Positions 9,876 to 18,823 of a stretch of 37,317 nt of DNA are shown here, piece after piece. Within the stretch, counting starts at the first letter, position 1. Every line of letters begins with the position of its first letter. The position numbers and the translations under genes were made by a program. Source of the DNA: a virus (Duplodnaviria > Caudoviricetes); IMG/VR virus record IMGVR_UViG_3300048598_000587, positions 1 through 37,317 of that record, one strand, 5' to 3'. The notes beneath the pieces were generated by a model, which saw only the letters and a list, made by a program, of their open reading frames with translations, did not search any database and was not told the DNA's origin.

Positions 9876-11433
9876 ATAAAAACGACGTAACGGCGACGGC
9901 CTCGGTGATGCCCTGCGTCAAAAGCTGCGGCGGGGCGGCAACAAGCCGGGCACCGCGTACCGGCCCCACCGTGCCCAGTTGCGCTGAACCACTGACACTT
10001 GCAACGCCGGCCGCGCCAAGGGGCACCTCGACCGATAACGCGCCTTGCACCATCGCATGCACAAACCCGGCTGCTGTCAGATTGACCAATATCGATTGCG
10101 CAGCCCAGCCGCTGGCATTGGCCGTGCCGACTGCAGAAAGGTGGCCTGGCGCACTGGCGCTGCCATTTGCAGCCGCATTGGCAAGGGCTGACCCGACCGC
10201 CTGCAGCTGCACGGTGACGGCCAAGGCGGCATTGCCCTGGGCGCTGGCCTGGCCAACTGCGAGCAGGCTGCCCGGCGCGCTACCGGTCAGATTGGCACTG
10301 CCCGAGGCATTACCGGCGCCTGATGCCAGTGCATTGAGCAACACGGCCAGCTGAGCATTGCCCGCTGCTTGCACGGCGCCGGCCGCATCCGCCAACACGC
10401 TGGGCGATAGCCCTGCCAAGGCTGCAGCTTGTGCGATTCCGGATGCGTTAATGGCCACAGTTGCCACCGCGCCGGCTTGGCCGTTGGCGACCGTGATACC
10501 GGCAGCGGCCAGCGGCACATTGACAGCCGCCGCAGCTTGGCCGGCAGCAAGGGCGACACCGATACCGGACAGGGCGACTTGGGCTGATGAGGTTGCGGAT
10601 CCAGACGAAACAGCCGATCCATTTGCCGAAATCGTGCCAGCGCTGCCAGAACTACCGAAGAACGCCTGCAGTGGGAGGCTGAAACCTCCAAGCGGCTCAA
10701 GTAACTGGTTGTAATTGCCGTTTTCCGTGACCCAGATAAGCTCGTCCAAGCTAAATAACTGGTCCCAAACGACAAACAAGTATTCTTCTCCCGCCCAGTT
10801 TCTCGCGTTATCCGCCCGACGATTTCCCAGGAAAAATGGATCAGTTACCGTGTTTATAGTGCCGGAGGGGGCTGTATTTACAGCAATGGTTTGCTGTTTA
10901 CCGTTTCGGACAACAGTCGGCACATTTGTAGCACTAGATCCATCATAAGAAATCGCTAAGGCCGAGAGCTGTCCAGCTGGCGCTGCAGTCCAGTACCACT
11001 GACCATTCGACGCGGACCAGCCGCGGTTAAATGACTCTTGGCCAGCACTGTCATCGCGCCACGCTGAATAGCCGAGAAGGCCTGTATTTCGGGTGTCAAA
11101 CATCCGACCGAGATTGCCGCCAGCCCCACTGCCTTTAGCGACAGTAACGCATAAGATGGTTCGTTTTATGCTATCGGGGATAGCCGGGCAGGCGATGCTA
11201 TCCGCCGCCCCGAACGACACTCCAAGGCCACCACGACCAACAGCTCCAACAGTCCCAACCAGCGTATTTGGCTGACCGCCAACCGCTGTTTGCCGGTACC
11301 GTAGGTTTTCGGCGAGTACGATGCCTCGCGCTAACTTTTGAGATTTTGAAACCTGAACAGGATACTGCGGCTGCCGACCTTGATCAGCATCCGTGTAAAG
11401 CAGCGCGGATAGGTCAAATGCACCCATTAGCAT
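9856..11433 (-). CDS. LamG/concanavalin-like domain plus Ala/Gly-rich repetitive stalk (putative fibre/adhesin)
   Basis: LAISYDG...FFLGNR...WAGE..LFVVWDQLFSLDE resembles LamG; C-terminal half is A/G/S/V periodic. Confidence 0.6.
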   Translation of the reverse strand: MLMGAFDLSALLYTDADQGRQPQYPVQVSKSQKLARGIVLAENLRYRQTAVGGQPNTLVGTVGAVGRGGLGVSFGAADSIACPAIPDSIKRTILCVTVAKGSGAGGNLGRMFDTRNTGLLGYSAWRDDSAGQESFNRGWSASNGQWYWTAAPAGQLSALAISYDGSSATNVPTVVRNGKQQTIAVNTAPSGTINTVTDPFFLGNRRADNARNWAGEEYLFVVWDQLFSLDELIWVTENGNYNQLLEPLGGFSLPLQAFFGSSGSAGTISANGSAVSSGSATSSAQVALSGIGVALAAGQAAAAVNVPLAAAGITVANGQAGAVATVAINASGIAQAAALAGLSPSVLADAAGAVQAAGNAQLAVLLNALASGAGNASGSANLTGSAPGSLLAVGQASAQGNAALAVTVQLQAVGSALANAAANGSASAPGHLSAVGTANASGWAAQSILVNLTAAGFVHAMVQGALSVEVPLGAAGVASVSGSAQLGTVGPVRGARLVAAPPQLLTQGITEAVAVTSFLCEAVHV

Positions 11434-11879
11434 CAGGTGCCGGGCGACCAGGGCGATGCGGTCAATACCGCGCCTGTTAGGTTGACGGCCGTGCCGTTAT
11501 TCAACAACCAGTAGTCGGCGTCGAGATCGAGCGGCACGCTGTCAATGCCCATCACCCAGCCAGTCAAAGCATTTCCGACGGCAGGCATTGGACCGAACGT
11601 CCAAACTTGATACGGCAGCAGAGACGACGACGGGGCCGGGCCTTGGTTGCCTGCGGTATCTCTCGGCACCTTGACGATCTGCAGGCTGCCAGTGACGGGC
11701 GCTACCGAAAAGACCACGTTCGTCAGCCGAAAATCGACCAGTAGCAGACCAGGAACTGATAGTGCCGATTGCTGGATGCGAAGCGCATCTGCGCTAACGG
11801 CGTAAGCGCCACTCGCAATCGCGCTAGTAAGCGTTTTAGATAGCGCAGTACCGTTGATGCGGATGATTGGCGTGCTCAT
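11433..11879 (-). CDS. Hypothetical beta-rich virion-like protein
   Basis: Translationally coupled ORF within the cassette; beta-strand-rich composition. Confidence 0.6.
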   Translation of the reverse strand: MSTPIIRINGTALSKTLTSAIASGAYAVSADALRIQQSALSVPGLLLVDFRLTNVVFSVAPVTGSLQIVKVPRDTAGNQGPAPSSSLLPYQVWTFGPMPAVGNALTGWVMGIDSVPLDLDADYWLLNNGTAVNLTGAVLTASPWSPGT

Positions 11880-12319
11880 AACGCCTCGCTATTTAGGATT
11901 GCGGATACGTCCTCAACCGCCACTGTGCGCTCAACCTTTGCGAGATCAAGCAACTTTGAAATGCCGCTCGAAAGGTCTGGGTTTTTATCGGCAAAATCCT
12001 GCAGTTGCTGGCGAGTAGCAGACATTCCTACGTCAAACTGGCCGATGTCGATCAGGCCAACCGACTCCTCAACGTTTGCCGTATCTACAGTCTGAGGTCG
12101 GGTGGCGCCGATCTCCCGCAATGCGGCGAGAAATAGCCCACCATTCGGGGCCATGGCGGCCAATATCGCGCCGCGCCCGATTTCCCGTTCGACGATCTCA
12201 TCGTATTTCATGGTCGCAGCAAGAAGCCCATCGTTACGGGCCTCTGCATGAGCGATTTCTTCATCGCTAAGCTGCCGATTGACCAACTTCTCAAGTGCAT
12301 ATCTCTGGGCGGGCGTCAT
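11876..12319 (-). CDS. Hypothetical phage protein
   Basis: Coupled ORF (ATGA overlap with the next gene); helical, contains ARNDGLLA. Confidence 0.65.
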   Translation of the reverse strand: MTPAQRYALEKLVNRQLSDEEIAHAEARNDGLLAATMKYDEIVEREIGRGAILAAMAPNGGLFLAALREIGATRPQTVDTANVEESVGLIDIGQFDVGMSATRQQLQDFADKNPDLSSGISKLLDLAKVERTVAVEDVSAILNSEAL

Positions 12320-12321
12320 GA

Positions 12322-12765
12322 TCAGCCGTTATCGATCTGGAAGCTGAGCTGACCGGCGGCAAACTTGAGGGTGAAGCCGGCAGCAGTCACAGCAATAGGC
12401 GTTGTCAAATCGATCGAAATCCAGCAGTTACCTGCAGCCGCTGCATCCATGAACCAGACGGACTGGATATTGACGCCGCCAGCCCATGCACCGGTCGAGA
12501 CAGGGAACAGAACTTCGACAGCAGTTTCGCCCGTGCCATCGGTGCCCGTACTAGTCGCCGTGTTCCCTTGCGTGCTGGTGAAGTTGGTCAGGCTCGGCGT
12601 GACAGCAACTCGGGCATACCCATTCCCGACCGGCTCGGCCGGGGCCCCGGCGTCAGAACGCAGGTTAGTGCCCAGCGCCAGATAAAAGGTAGCGGGTGCC
12701 CCGAGCGCTTGGCCGCGCAGAATGGCATCGAAAACTTTGTTTTCAGCGTAGTCATTCAGGTTCAT
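12322..12765 (-). CDS. Small fibre/virion structural protein
   Basis: DYAENKVFDAILRG..FYLAL...GYARVAV...FP...W...DAAAAGN pattern typical of small phage fibre/decoration proteins; start MNLND (12765). Confidence 0.65.
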   Translation of the reverse strand: MNLNDYAENKVFDAILRGQALGAPATFYLALGTNLRSDAGAPAEPVGNGYARVAVTPSLTNFTSTQGNTATSTGTDGTGETAVEVLFPVSTGAWAGGVNIQSVWFMDAAAAGNCWISIDLTTPIAVTAAGFTLKFAAGQLSFQIDNG

Positions 12766-12772
12766 GGCGGCC

Positions 12773-13135
12773 TCAGGCAATACGTTCGGAGGTGTTGGAC
12801 ATGATGACGATCTTGCCTTCGCCATCGCCCACGGCCAGCGGCTCGGTGACGAAAGCCAGGCTCATCATGTGGACTTGGCCATCGGCCAGGCGGATCGTTA
12901 CGTCCTCATCCTTGATGGCGTTGATCGCAGCATGGTCGATGCCGCCCTGCAGGTTGATGCTCAAGTCGAGCTTGGCCGGCAGCTCGCCCTCGGTGTAGCC
13001 GCCATCACTGGCCAGGCGGCCGGGCTTGTGGGTGCGCTGCACGCCGGAGGGCGTAAAGGTGCTGCCCTTGTCGGCCAGCGGCAGCTTGCCGACGCTGGGG
13101 ATGCTGACGGTGCGGATGTTGTTGAGTTGTGCCAC
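12773..13135 (-). CDS. Tail tube protein (Mu gpM-like)
   Basis: 120 aa immediately after the sheath; GGYTE..PAKL and GDGEG motifs. Confidence 0.85.
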   Translation of the reverse strand: MAQLNNIRTVSIPSVGKLPLADKGSTFTPSGVQRTHKPGRLASDGGYTEGELPAKLDLSINLQGGIDHAAINAIKDEDVTIRLADGQVHMMSLAFVTEPLAVGDGEGKIVIMSNTSERIA

Positions 13136-13170
13136 GGGTGGCTCCTTTCGATTCGGTCAGGGTGGGCGGC

Positions 13171-14640
13171 TTAGTAGGTCGGCACGGCCTTGTAGAACAC
13201 GTCGCGGCCGGCCAGGATGTAGTACGGCGAATTGAGGATCGGCGTGTCGCGATAGTTGAAGCGGCTCGGGTTGGTGGGGTCCTGTTCGACGAAAAGGGTC
13301 TCTTTGTAGTAGTCGTAGGCCTGCGTCCAGCCGTATTCCTCCATCAACGTGTGCTTGTAGAGCGAGAGCAGGAAGGCACGCACATCGTCTTCGGTCGTGA
13401 TACGCAAGCCCGGGCGATAACCCTCGTTGCTCTTTGCGGCCGCCGTGCCTGTGAAGCGTTTGATAGCGCCGATACGTTGCTCGTAGCGGATGCGCTCATT
13501 CACCTCGGCGGTGTTGATGTCGAGGAATGCGTCGTCGGCGCTGCCATCCGGCCGGAACTGGTACATCGAGATCAGGCGCTTGATGCTGCACGAACCATCC
13601 TTGCTCACCTGCATCACGCTCATCCCCTTGAACAGCAGGCTATTGGCGTTCGTCCAGTCGTGATAGGTCTTGCCCAGCATGCCGGTCAGCGCAATGCCTT
13701 CCAGCGACTCGACAGGATTGTTGTAAAGCTTCGGCGCAGCCGCTGCAGTGACGATGGCGGCGGCCTCCCACGTGCTGGTCGGGTTGATCTCCAGGCTGAG
13801 GCAGCTGATGTGCTCGTAGTTGCCCGCCGTACCGAATGCCACGGCACTCGTGTAGTCGCCACGGTGTGCAGTAAAGGCGCGGAAGCCAGCCTGAATCGGC
13901 GGCTTGTAACGCAATTGGCTTTCGGTGTGCCAAGCAGCCAGCGTCGCGGCATCGTTGATACCGAGCGCGACATAGCGGTACCAGAACTGACCGAGCATCG
14001 TGGTCAATGCGCCCGGGGCCGGGTCGCCCACACCGCCAGACATCGCGGCAATGGTCAGGGCCAAGCCGGCAACAGCCGCTTCTTTATAGAAGTTGAGGCG
14101 GATATCGATGGCGTTGCCGCAGGTGCCCTTATGGCGTGCCGTCAGCGTGACAACGGCGGCAGCAGCAGCGGCGGTGACCGGGATATCCGTGCCGGCCGCA
14201 GTGATGGCGGCAGCGATAGCCGTGGCCACCTGGGCGGCAGTCATGCCCAGGTTGATGCCGACCGACACCAGCTTGCCGGCGATGTACAGCGCCAAGGTAC
14301 CGGCCGCCGTCGGCGCGGCCGTAACGGTGAGGGTGCCGGTAGCCTGCACGCCTGCGGCGTTGTCGGCATAGGGCAGCATGTAGATATCCAGCGTCGGATC
14401 AATGGCGCGGTAACGAGCGGCCATCTGGGCCAGCATCGAGCCGGGGCCGGCTTTGTTGATCGCATCCTGGACGCCGGAGAGCTGGGTAATCTCGCCGACC
14501 GGTGCAGTACCGCTTGCCAGCTTCTGACCGACCAACAGCACGGCGGGAATATCACCGCCCAGGCCGGCCTGCGAGCCGTCGATCTCGATGTAGGCGCCCG
14601 GGTAGCGCAGCGCAGCGGGCACAGAGTTAAAAGAAATCAT
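13171..14640 (-). CDS. Tail sheath protein (Mu gpL-like)
   Basis: ISFNSVP..LRYPGAYIEID, GSMLAQM and LTARHKG..GNAID motifs; start MISF (14640). Confidence 0.95.
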   Translation of the reverse strand: MISFNSVPAALRYPGAYIEIDGSQAGLGGDIPAVLLVGQKLASGTAPVGEITQLSGVQDAINKAGPGSMLAQMAARYRAIDPTLDIYMLPYADNAAGVQATGTLTVTAAPTAAGTLALYIAGKLVSVGINLGMTAAQVATAIAAAITAAGTDIPVTAAAAAAVVTLTARHKGTCGNAIDIRLNFYKEAAVAGLALTIAAMSGGVGDPAPGALTTMLGQFWYRYVALGINDAATLAAWHTESQLRYKPPIQAGFRAFTAHRGDYTSAVAFGTAGNYEHISCLSLEINPTSTWEAAAIVTAAAAPKLYNNPVESLEGIALTGMLGKTYHDWTNANSLLFKGMSVMQVSKDGSCSIKRLISMYQFRPDGSADDAFLDINTAEVNERIRYEQRIGAIKRFTGTAAAKSNEGYRPGLRITTEDDVRAFLLSLYKHTLMEEYGWTQAYDYYKETLFVEQDPTNPSRFNYRDTPILNSPYYILAGRDVFYKAVPTY

Positions 14641-15116
14641 AGTTGCTCTCCGGTAAATTTCAGGTTGCCGTAGGCCGGCGGGTCTGGCAGGTAATTGGTA
14701 ATCAGGGCGTCGAAGATGTAGCGGTCGCGCCAATAGATGTCGGCTTCGGTGTATTCGACGATCTGGCCGCCGCCGAACTTCAGCGGTTTCACGTCAGGGG
14801 AAACCTGCCAGCCGAGCAGCAGGGCATTCACGGCTTGCCGGTATTTCACAAGCACGTCGTCGGTCTCGCCGGGGTAGTGTTCGCGGGCGTTCTCGATGGC
14901 GATCACGACATCGAAACCGAGCGTTACATCTTCGGCACGTTCGCCGACATGGCGCGACTTGTCGGCAGCAGGGACCACCCAGACCGCCGGCAGCGGCAAG
15001 GCATCCGCCATGATCTTGGCGAAGGTGCCACCGCCGCCGACCTGACGGAACCAGGGATGGCCGAAGCCGTGCGGCTTGGCTTTGAGAAGGTCGCGGATCG
15101 GCTGCAGCGAAATCAC
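14637..15116 (-). CDS. Tail completion/terminator protein (Mu gp37-like)
   Basis: LPAVWVVP and LLGWQ motifs; position before the sheath. Confidence 0.7.
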   Translation of the reverse strand: MISLQPIRDLLKAKPHGFGHPWFRQVGGGGTFAKIMADALPLPAVWVVPAADKSRHVGERAEDVTLGFDVVIAIENAREHYPGETDDVLVKYRQAVNALLLGWQVSPDVKPLKFGGGQIVEYTEADIYWRDRYIFDALITNYLPDPPAYGNLKFTGEQL

Positions 15117-15607
15117 AATCCGACCTCATCTTCAATGCTGTAGGTGTAGCGCCCCGGGCGGCTCTCAATGGTGACCACGTCAGCCGATGGAACCGGGTCA
15201 GTTGGCGCGGCCGGGATCAGGTTGAGCTGGCCGGTTGAATGTTTGTTGAGCATGGCCACGGCGGCGTCATAGGCCTGCTGCACTTCCTTTGTCATCCGTT
15301 CCGCGCCCTGCAGGTAATACAGGGCAATGGTCGATGCCAGGCGGGCGAGCAGCGTGGTCTGTACCGTCGCAGGAATGCCATAGCTCAGCATCAATGAATC
15401 GGCATCTGCCAAGGCATCGTCAATCGCTGCCAGCGCAGCAGCCAGGGTGAGCTGGTCGGCATCGTCATAGATGGTCAGATCGCCACCCGCAATCGCTACC
15501 CGCAGGGCGTCTTCCGGCGGCATCGCCATATCGGCCGGAACGGCCAACTGGAAAAGGCGCCGAGCGTTCGACCGGGCAAGCAGATCAGTGCGGGTAGCGA
15601 AGGCCAT
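15113..15607 (-). CDS. Head-tail adaptor (Mu gp36/DUF1320-like)
   Basis: MAFATRTDLL...ALADAD...IALYYL...YDAAVAML pattern. Confidence 0.8.
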   Translation of the reverse strand: MAFATRTDLLARSNARRLFQLAVPADMAMPPEDALRVAIAGGDLTIYDDADQLTLAAALAAIDDALADADSLMLSYGIPATVQTTLLARLASTIALYYLQGAERMTKEVQQAYDAAVAMLNKHSTGQLNLIPAAPTDPVPSADVVTIESRPGRYTYSIEDEVGL

Positions 15608-16090
15608 TTACTTTGCCTTTTTCTTGGCCGGGGTGGCGGCCTGGGCTTCGACAACCTGGGCTTCGACAACCGGGGCTTCGACAACCGAGGCTTCGACAAC
15701 CGGGGCTTCGACAACCGGGGCTTCGACAACCGGGGCTTCGACAACCTTTGCTTCGACAACCGGGGCTTCGACAACCGAGGCTTCGACAACCGAGGCTTCG
15801 ACAACCGAGGCTTCGACAACCGGGGCTTCGACATCGGGCGCAAACACTGGAGGTGCGGCAACGTCGGCGGCCGACACGATGGCGACGGCGCTATCACCTG
15901 CCGGCACATCGTCTGCCAGTTCCGCCGGGCGCGTTTCCGTCACCTCCAGCATTTGCTCCTCTTCCAGGCGCTGGGCGGTGGCGTCGTCAAGATCGCGCAC
16001 CGGCTGCCAGGCCTGGCTAAATTGAATACCGCAGCGCCAAAAACTGCCTTGGCCAGTGCGCGGGTTGATACGTACATACAAGGTCTTCAT
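15608..16090 (-). CDS. FluMu N-terminal/HI1506-like protein with acidic pentapeptide repeat tail
   Basis: FWRCGIQFS...LEEEQMLEV; follows the major capsid gene; GGAG RBS before ATG 16090. Confidence 0.75.
   Translation of the reverse strand: MKTLYVRINPRTGQGSFWRCGIQFSQAWQPVRDLDDATAQRLEEEQMLEVTETRPAELADDVPAGDSAVAIVSAADVAAPPVFAPDVEAPVVEASVVEASVVEASVVEAPVVEAKVVEAPVVEAPVVEAPVVEASVVEAPVVEAQVVEAQAATPAKKKAK
15641..15835. repeat. 13 x 15-bp tandem repeat encoding VVEA(P/S/K/Q)
   Basis: Core GCTTCGACA recurs every 15 bp from 15645 to 15825. Confidence 0.97.
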
Positions 16091-16103
16091 ATCGGTCTCC
16101 AGA

Positions 16104-16129
16104 CCCCGCCCGGACAAAGCCGGGCGGGG
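16104..16129. other. GC-rich 10-bp stem-loop after the capsid gene (mRNA stabiliser or weak terminator)
   Basis: CCCCGCCCGG-ACAAAG-CCGGGCGGGG; no U-tract on the coding strand. Confidence 0.55.
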
Positions 16130-16159
16130 GTTAGCTACTACGCTCCAGGGGGGTGTCCG

Positions 16160-17065
16160 TTACAGCCAGGGGGTCACGACAAGATCGACCTTCTGGTAAT
16201 TGGTATTGCTGGCACCGTTGGCGTTCTGCTGAGCCTTCAGCAGCGCCTCGGCCGCAGCCATGTTGTCCGGGCCGACCAGCAAGGTATCCGGCACGATGCC
16301 CAGCTTGCGCTGGCCGTCGCCCTTGACCTTCATCATCGCGGTGTAAGCGGCCTGGAAGTTGGCGGCGTCGAGCGCTGCCTTGCTGCCGAAGGCGCACTGC
16401 CAGAAGCCGAAGGCAGCTTCGCCACGCCAACGGCCGCCGAAGCTGTACACATCGTTTTCGAACACGTTGTTGTTGACCACCGAGGTGATCGCATCAAAAC
16501 GCGGCTTGGTACGTTCCTGCAGGTAGAACGGGGCGGCGGCGCGCTTGGTACACAGCAGCACCCAGGGCGCCCCGGCGCCGGCCTGCATATTCGAGACGGT
16601 GGTCACTGCGCCCGTGCCGTCTTCGTTGGCTGCGGTCGGATGGTCGGTGTCGAAGAAAAACTGACCGTCGTAGCAGGTCGTGGTGAAGCCCAGGCCAACC
16701 AGCTGGAACACCAGGTCATTCATCAAATCGGAAGCGGACTGGCCAGCACCTTCCGCCAGCGTGCCGTACTGGCCGATGTTGTCGTCTTCCCAGTCTTCGA
16801 CCTTGACGTCGACGGTGGTTTCGAACTTGCGGTTTGGAACGTTGTAGCCGTTTTCCTTGAACACCTTGTGCAGGCGTGCGCCAACCCATTCGCGATAGGC
16901 CGGGAACTGCGACAGCCATTCATAGGTGTTGGACTTGCCGGAAGAGGTCACCAGCTTGGCGATCTTCTTCCAATCAGCATTGGTCATCGCCAGGCCCGCA
17001 TTCCAGCGGGCGACCAGCGAGGTCTTGAGCAGATCGAGCTGCGCTTGCGTCATCGTAGTTGCCAT
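16160..17065 (-). CDS. Major capsid protein (Mu gpT family)
   Basis: YEWLSQFP..REWVG, NRKFETTV, EDDNIGQY, CYDGQFFFDTDHP and AAFGFWQ motifs. Confidence 0.97.
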   Translation of the reverse strand: MATTMTQAQLDLLKTSLVARWNAGLAMTNADWKKIAKLVTSSGKSNTYEWLSQFPAYREWVGARLHKVFKENGYNVPNRKFETTVDVKVEDWEDDNIGQYGTLAEGAGQSASDLMNDLVFQLVGLGFTTTCYDGQFFFDTDHPTAANEDGTGAVTTVSNMQAGAGAPWVLLCTKRAAAPFYLQERTKPRFDAITSVVNNNVFENDVYSFGGRWRGEAAFGFWQCAFGSKAALDAANFQAAYTAMMKVKGDGQRKLGIVPDTLLVGPDNMAAAEALLKAQQNANGASNTNYQKVDLVVTPWL

Positions 17066-17101
17066 TTATATCTCCAGAGGTTTCGGGACAGGGACCGGCG
17101 C

Positions 17102-17539
17102 TTAGGCCTGGTCTTTCTTGGCCTTGGCGAAGGCTTCGGGGGTCAGGCCCATCTTCGAGCACATCGCCAGCTCGTCCTTGCTCAGGCCGTGATTGCCGTC
17201 GCCGGCCGTCACCTCAGCCTGCAGGCTGGCAAGGGGCAGCGGAGCGCTGGTGGCGATGTACTCTTTCAGCGAGGCCAGCGGCTGCTTTTCGGCCCACTCC
17301 TTTTGAGCCGGCATCAGGCGGGGCTTGTCGCCGCTCAGTGCGGCCTTGATCAGCTCGTCCTTTTCGACCTTCTCGGCGGTCAGCGCAGCCTGCGCTTTCT
17401 CGGCGACCAGGCCATCGCGCTCTGCCGTCAGTGCAACGACTTGGGTTTTCAGGCCATCGCGCTCGACGGTGAGCGCGGCCAGGGTGGTTTTCAGGCCATC
17501 ACGCTCAGCAGTGAGCGCGGCCAACTGTTCGGGTGTCAT
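17102..17539 (-). CDS. Internal in-frame scaffold protein (Mu Z-like)
   Basis: GGAGAG RBS before in-frame ATG 17539 (MTPEQL); three 14-aa repeats LAALTAERDGLKTT. Confidence 0.6.
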   Translation of the reverse strand: MTPEQLAALTAERDGLKTTLAALTVERDGLKTQVVALTAERDGLVAEKAQAALTAEKVEKDELIKAALSGDKPRLMPAQKEWAEKQPLASLKEYIATSAPLPLASLQAEVTAGDGNHGLSKDELAMCSKMGLTPEAFAKAKKDQA

Positions 17540-18136
17540 GTCGGACTCTCCAGATTGGTTTCCGGGCAAACCCCCGGCGGAATGGATAAATTGATTGGCC
17601 AAAGCGCCCAGCGGCAGCGCGGCCAGTGCTGCACGGCGAACCAGATCGACCGCGCCCAGATCACCCAAGGCCGGGTTATTGGTCAGCGCAACCGACAGCA
17701 GCTCGGTCACGGCGCCGGTCTTGGGGTCGAAGTAAAAAAGCGGGGAGCTGTAGCGATAAACCTTCTTGGCGATCTCTTCGGCGGCATCGGGCGTCCATTC
17801 AACGCGACCGAACAGACCACGCCCCGCGACATACACCAGCTTGACGATCCAGCCGGCGGCACGGCTGTCGCCCCACATCGAGTTGTGTTCATAGTCGTAG
17901 AGGATCGGCTTGCCGCTGGATTCCAGCTTTGCGATGAGCGCGGCAGCGATTTCGGCACTCATCTGCCAATCGAGCAGCGTGCCGCCGGTCATGCTCGCCG
18001 GGCGGCCATCATCGGAACGGAAGGCGCCATCCGGCGTGATGTGCGCGTTGCAGCCTTCCGGATAGCCTTCGGTACTGGCCGACAGGTCGATGACCAGGGC
18101 GGCGATATTATTCGGGAGAGGGTTCGGGTTTGCCAC
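17102..18136 (-). CDS. Head maturation protease/scaffold (Mu gpI)
   Basis: YDYEH, AAGWI, VEWT, YRYSSP and ALTNNPAL motifs; coiled-coil C-terminus. Confidence 0.95.
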   Translation of the reverse strand: MANPNPLPNNIAALVIDLSASTEGYPEGCNAHITPDGAFRSDDGRPASMTGGTLLDWQMSAEIAAALIAKLESSGKPILYDYEHNSMWGDSRAAGWIVKLVYVAGRGLFGRVEWTPDAAEEIAKKVYRYSSPLFYFDPKTGAVTELLSVALTNNPALGDLGAVDLVRRAALAALPLGALANQFIHSAGGLPGNQSGESDMTPEQLAALTAERDGLKTTLAALTVERDGLKTQVVALTAERDGLVAEKAQAALTAEKVEKDELIKAALSGDKPRLMPAQKEWAEKQPLASLKEYIATSAPLPLASLQAEVTAGDGNHGLSKDELAMCSKMGLTPEAFAKAKKDQA

Positions 18137-18161
18137 GGCATGCTCCGTTGTTGATGGAGCA

Positions 18162-18208
18162 ATCTTCGCCGTTGGCCAGTCGCCGGTCAGGGCTGGAAAT
18201 GTTTCCCG
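18162..18208 (-). promoter_or_regulatory. Putative late promoter for the head/tail operon
   Basis: CGGGAAACATTTCCAGCC, 23 bp, GAAGAT. Confidence 0.7.
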
Positions 18209-18373
18209 AGGGCCGCGAGAGGCATAACCTTCAGAATCGCGCTGTGTTGCGTTTTTGAAGGGTCGGCGGTATCAGCGCAGCCAAATAGCCACAAACGTGG
18301 CTTTTAAATGGTCTTCAAATGGGTTAGCGAGGCTTCGCAACTTGCCGGCAAACCGGCTTTAGCAAAAAGTTGC

Positions 18374-18823
18374 TCAAAACAGGTCGAACTGCCGGTCGTC
18401 GTTCTCGCGGCAGATGTTGCAAATCTGCTTTGAGCTGAGATCGTGGGCACGGGCCAGCGCTGAAATACTGGTTGTCCTCCGATCCTTTCGGATCTGGCTA
18501 TCCCGGGCACGCTGGAACAGCTTGTCGGCCTTGGGCATCCACACCCGGCCGGCCGCATCCATATGCAGCGATAAGGCCTGCCGAAGTCGGGCCAGCTCTT
18601 CGGCATCCAGACCGAGGGCAACGGTGTGATGCTTGGGGATGCACACATTGATCCCGCCATGCGCAGCCAGAAAACTTCTCGCCCGCATGAAGCCAAGGGC
18701 CATCACAACGCCGCGCAATACCGGCGGCAAGGTGCTCAGCAGTTCGTCATCCACCGTCGGCCAGCTCAGCGGCTTGGCCGGCTGGTGATCGGGTGGCACC
18801 GGGGTCAGTGTGTAGTGGCTCAT
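18374..18823 (-). CDS. mor: Mor/C family transcription activator
   Basis: GGINVCIPK...RARDSQI...LARAHDLSSKQICNI (C-terminal HTH); last gene of the early operon, after gemA. Confidence 0.85.
   Translation of the reverse strand: MSHYTLTPVPPDHQPAKPLSWPTVDDELLSTLPPVLRGVVMALGFMRARSFLAAHGGINVCIPKHHTVALGLDAEELARLRQALSLHMDAAGRVWMPKADKLFQRARDSQIRKDRRTTSISALARAHDLSSKQICNICRENDDRQFDLF

Noticed and set aside
15641-15835. Possible CRISPR array
   Set aside because: Units are 15 bp, head-to-tail, in frame within a CDS, with no unique spacers and no cas genes
15953-18154. 733-aa plus-strand ORF (and similar long ORFs at 13129-14673, 21447-22409, 22381-23613, 29397-30704)
   Set aside because: Antisense shadows of well-supported GC-rich genes; no recognisable motifs
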